This document shows, piece after piece, positions 61,051-64,000 of a stretch of DNA of 64,000 bases (its first letter is position 1; every line of letters begins with the position of its first letter). The translations under genes and the position numbers were made by a program. The notes beneath the pieces were generated by a model that ran no database searches, had not been told where the DNA came from, and saw only the letters and a list, made by a program, of their open reading frames with translations. The stretch is from Dehalococcoidia bacterium (GTDB lineage Bacteria > Chloroflexota > Dehalococcoidia > Lucifugimonadales > UBA3495), in the NCBI GenBank assembly GCA_022451925.1, contig JAKUNL010000001.1, positions 141,157-205,156 on the forward strand. The letters are read 5' to 3'.

Positions 61051-61171
61051 GGAAAGACAGCCTGGCTGGTTCAGGAACCGCACCGCACATGAGACTCGAT
61101 TAGCCGCAGCAGCAGTCGGCCTCCACACAACCCCACCTGTACTGGCCAGGCCTGCCTAAAATTTCTTTCAA
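61051..61171 (-). other. Small-ORF/long-hairpin element 2: 23-aa ORF (61171-61100, MKEILGRPGQYRWGCVEADCCCG) in a fold-back hairpin
   Basis: TTG 61171 to TAA 61102-61100; GGCAGGCCTGGC pairs with GCCAGGCTGTC, CAGG with CCTG, GAGGC with GTCTC, GAAAGA with TCTTTC; SD weak. Confidence 0.45.
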
Positions 61172-61231
61172 AGGTGTTCTTACCTGTCTCGTCCTCTTCC
61201 TAAATTAAAACAGATCTGGGCTTGGCCTTTT

Positions 61232-63658
61232 TTAGTCACACTTGTTCCAACTGCACGCAACACATTTCATGCATCCTTCTTCGAATATGACCGGGGTGTT
61301 GCACTCTGGACACTTCCGGGCATTTGAGGTCCCGTTTGGGTTACTCTTTCCGTTCCCATTACCGTTACCGTTCTTCACAGCAACCACGTCTTGCGTAAAC
61401 TTCAATTGAAGATCACTAGTTCCAGCCAGGTCACCATGGCTATCTATTCCAGCCGTATGCCGCTCCAACGCCAAGGCAACAGCATCGGGTCCAGACCGAA
61501 CCAATGTACCTTCATCCCAGGCTGGGCAACAAGTGATTCCACGTAGCTGATCTATGACTGTCCCCGGTTCAATACCTGAGCGCAGTGCCAATGACACCAG
61601 CCTGGAAATTGCTTCCAGCTGGGCGGAGTCACAGCCGCCGGCCTTACCCAAATTCCCGAACAACTCAAATGGGGTATCTGCCTCATCAAAGTTAATAGTC
61701 ACATACATGTTCCCGTGCCCGGTTCGAACCCGCTCAGTCACACCCTTAATTGCCTGAGGTCGTTTGCGAGGGGTCAATATATCGTCTTCTTCACTCTCGC
61801 TTGCGCCTGTTTGACCCGTACTAAGTACTTGGCCATCTTTGCTGCCATCGCGGTAGACGGTAATTCCCTTACAGCCCAACTCGTAGGCCAGCATGTAAGC
61901 GCCAGCGATTTCATCTTCCGAAGCGTCATGAGGAAAGTTGATGGTCTTGGAGACCGAGTTGTCGACATACTCCTGAACGGCTCCTTGCATCTTTACATGC
62001 CATTCAGGCGCGATGTCGTGGGAGACGCGGAACACGTCCTTAACCCACGTGGGTATATCAAGTGTCTCCAGACTTCCAGTCTGGGCTAACTCAGTCATGA
62101 GTGCTTCAGAGTAAAACCCTTCCTGTCGCGCGACTGCTTCGAAGTAGGGGTTCCCTTCTACCATCCTAGTGTTATCCATAACAGTACGAACATAGCTAAG
62201 CGCGAACAATGGCTCTATGCCACTAGACGCGCCCGCGATGATGCTGATGGTTCCGGTAGGCGCGATGGTCGTCGGAGCTGAATTTCGCATGGGGCGGACG
62301 ATTCCATCTGCACCGGGTCGGCTGTATATACTGCCATCCCAGGCTGGGAACGAGCCTCTGACTTGGGCCAATTCAGAAGACGCCTGATGGGTACGCTCTT
62401 GAATACGACGCATAACATCACCCGCAGTCTGCAGACCTTCTTCGGAATCGTACCTGATCCCTAGTTCGATCAGCAGATCAGAAAAGCCCATAACGCCAAG
62501 ACCAATACGTCTAGTCTTTTTACTCATCTCTTCAATTTCAGGGATGGGATAATTATTCATATCGATTACATTGTCCAATAGATGGACAGCTATATCGACT
62601 GTTTCATCTAGTCGTTCCCAGTCAATGATAGTGTCACCGTTAGCAATATGAACCATGCGGGCAACGTTGATAGAAGCCAGGTTGCAAGATTCATGTGGCA
62701 ACAATGGCTGCTCACCGCACGGGTTAGTGCTTTCTATCTGCCCTAATTGCGGATTGGGATTATCCCGGTTGATAACGTCCAAGAAGATTAATCCCGGATC
62801 TCCAGTCTTCCACGCCATGTGAGTGAGTTTGTCGAAAATCTCTTTGGCGTTACGCTGACCCGTAATATGGCCAGTACGGGGATTGACCAGGTCAAACTCC
62901 TGTCCGGCCTTCACTCTCTCCATGAAATCTTTGTTGACGGCAATGGATACGTTAAAGTTACTTAGATTCTTGCCATCTTCCTTAGCGGCGATGAACTTCT
63001 CAACGTCCGGATGGTTGACATTCAAAATGCCCATATTCGCACCACGACGAGTGCCTCCTTGCTTTACAACATCCGTTGCAGCGTCAAATGCACGAATGAA
63101 GCTGACCGGGCCGCTAGCAATCCCTCCGGTTGACCCGACAACATCACCTTCTGGACGTAATCGATTGAATGAGAATCCTGTTCCTCCGCCACTCTTATGA
63201 ATCAAGGCAGTCTGCTTGACCTTGTCAAAAATGGAGCCAAGATTATCCTCGATTGGCAGAACAAAACAAGCCGACAATTGCTGAAGCTCTCTGCCGGCGT
63301 TCATCAATGTGGGGGAATTTGGTAGGAGTTCCAGACGTTGCATTGCCAAGAAGAACTTATCTTCAGTGGCTTGCCGTTGTTCTTCAGTGGCACCGTAGTT
63401 TCGATCAGCCTGTGAAAGGTTCTCAGCAACTCTGCGGAACATCCCCACAGAGTCTTCAAGTACATTTCCCTCACGATCTTTAGAAAGATAGCGGCGTTCC
63501 AGTACAACCTGGGCGTTAGTACTTAATTCCGTGGAGCGATTATTTGTCTGTTGAGCTATTCCTGCAGCCTCAAGCGCCGTTGATATGCGTCGGCGCCTTT
63601 CGCGTATCTCCGAACTAGTGCTAGTTTGCGTTGTTGGGCCCTCATGAGTTGCGGTCAT
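61232..63658 (-). CDS. nrdJ: Class II (adenosylcobalamin-dependent) ribonucleotide reductase
   Basis: [54 protein letters not shown]; C-terminal TSCPD-like domain and CPEC...CVAC zinc ribbon; no intein seen. Confidence 0.95.
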   Translation of the reverse strand: MTATHEGPTTQTSTSSEIRERRRRISTALEAAGIAQQTNNRSTELSTNAQVVLERRYLSKDREGNVLEDSVGMFRRVAENLSQADRNYGATEEQRQATEDKFFLAMQRLELLPNSPTLMNAGRELQQLSACFVLPIEDNLGSIFDKVKQTALIHKSGGGTGFSFNRLRPEGDVVGSTGGIASGPVSFIRAFDAATDVVKQGGTRRGANMGILNVNHPDVEKFIAAKEDGKNLSNFNVSIAVNKDFMERVKAGQEFDLVNPRTGHITGQRNAKEIFDKLTHMAWKTGDPGLIFLDVINRDNPNPQLGQIESTNPCGEQPLLPHESCNLASINVARMVHIANGDTIIDWERLDETVDIAVHLLDNVIDMNNYPIPEIEEMSKKTRRIGLGVMGFSDLLIELGIRYDSEEGLQTAGDVMRRIQERTHQASSELAQVRGSFPAWDGSIYSRPGADGIVRPMRNSAPTTIAPTGTISIIAGASSGIEPLFALSYVRTVMDNTRMVEGNPYFEAVARQEGFYSEALMTELAQTGSLETLDIPTWVKDVFRVSHDIAPEWHVKMQGAVQEYVDNSVSKTINFPHDASEDEIAGAYMLAYELGCKGITVYRDGSKDGQVLSTGQTGASESEEDDILTPRKRPQAIKGVTERVRTGHGNMYVTINFDEADTPFELFGNLGKAGGCDSAQLEAISRLVSLALRSGIEPGTVIDQLRGITCCPAWDEGTLVRSGPDAVALALERHTAGIDSHGDLAGTSDLQLKFTQDVVAVKNGNGNGNGKSNPNGTSNARKCPECNTPVIFEEGCMKCVACSWNKCD

Positions 63659-63867
63659 GTCGATTTCCCTCGTATATGATAGCGGCGGAGGACATTACTA
63701 GGGTGTTGTCCTCTATTTTGTAGCACTGACGACCCGGATAATCGCCACCTATTTGTCATCTCCTGGCGGGAGTTAAACACACTTTACAGTGTTATCAAGT
63801 AAGTACTATTTAACCCCTAACACTGCCGGTAATATACCAGATACAAGAGTCATAGTTATGTTGTGTA

Positions 63868-63914
63868 CTACAACATGATGTGGTCAGTGTTTCTTGAGCT
63901 ACAAAAAGTAGTAG
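63868..63914. promoter_or_regulatory. Tandem NrdR-like boxes
   Basis: CTACAACATGATGTGG (63868-63883) and CTACAAAAAGTAGTAG (63899-63914), 31 nt apart, resembling acaCwAtATaTwGtgt, upstream of nrdJ. Confidence 0.7.
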
Positions 63915-63918
63915 GCGA

Positions 63919-63948
63919 ATTCTAGCTCTTAGATTTTGCCGAAGTCAA
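63919..63948 (-). promoter_or_regulatory. Promoter of nrdJ
   Basis: Minus strand TTGACT-18 nt-TAGAAT, directly upstream of the NrdR-like boxes. Confidence 0.65.
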
Positions 63949-64000
63949 TAGAATTTAGGGGAATATTGTTAGGTGAAAACAACTGTTTAACATTGGGCCA

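Noticed and set aside
61340-61375. Asn-Gly repeat near the NrdJ C-terminus
   Set aside because: Ordinary low-complexity linker before the zinc ribbon; not an intein or repeat element.
63659-63870. Cobalamin riboswitch upstream of nrdJ
   Set aside because: Conserved elements (AGGGAA, GCAACTGT, B12 box) not found.
1-64000. CRISPR arrays, tRNA/rRNA genes, prophage or IS elements; numerous antisense ORFs in the track
   Set aside because: No regularly spaced repeats, cloverleafs or integrase/transposase motifs seen by eye; the antisense ORFs are shadows of recognisable genes on the other strand.

Overview
Bacterial chromosomal segment, roughly 48-50% GC by eye, densely coding, with no rRNA, tRNA, CRISPR array or transposase that I can recognise. 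The gene content suggests a SAR202-like Chloroflexota (Dehalococcoidia) genome; this is an inference from the many catabolic paralogs (SDRs, F420-dependent Ddn-type reductase, Rieske oxygenase, Baeyer-Villiger monooxygenase, MaoC pair, cyclase, amidase, xanthine-dehydrogenase-family large subunit). Housekeeping genes are uvrB (5' part), ruvA, ruvC, yebC, rimM, khpA, rpsP, fmt, htpX, etfBA, panC, sbcD, rnpB (RNase P RNA), gatCA, asnS, proC, pdxA and class II nrdJ with tandem NrdR-like boxes. There are also two Fur-family/Zn-Mn ABC clusters. The most notable unexplained signal is a pair of intergenic minus-strand elements 56 kb apart (about 4843-5155 and 61015-61200). Each holds a 23-codon small ORF (L5, R7, G9, R12 at identical positions) forming the 5' arm of a long fold-back hairpin, with the stop codon at the apex and an intrinsic terminator downstream. 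Other oddities are a DNA adenine-methyltransferase-like protein lacking the NPP(Y/W) motif, degenerate ThDP-subunit (ComE-like) genes, a decayed CDF metal-efflux pseudogene, a tandem cupin duplication that includes its promoter, and a DmpA-like peptidase apparently co-transcribed with panC. All calls come from motif recognition without database searches.
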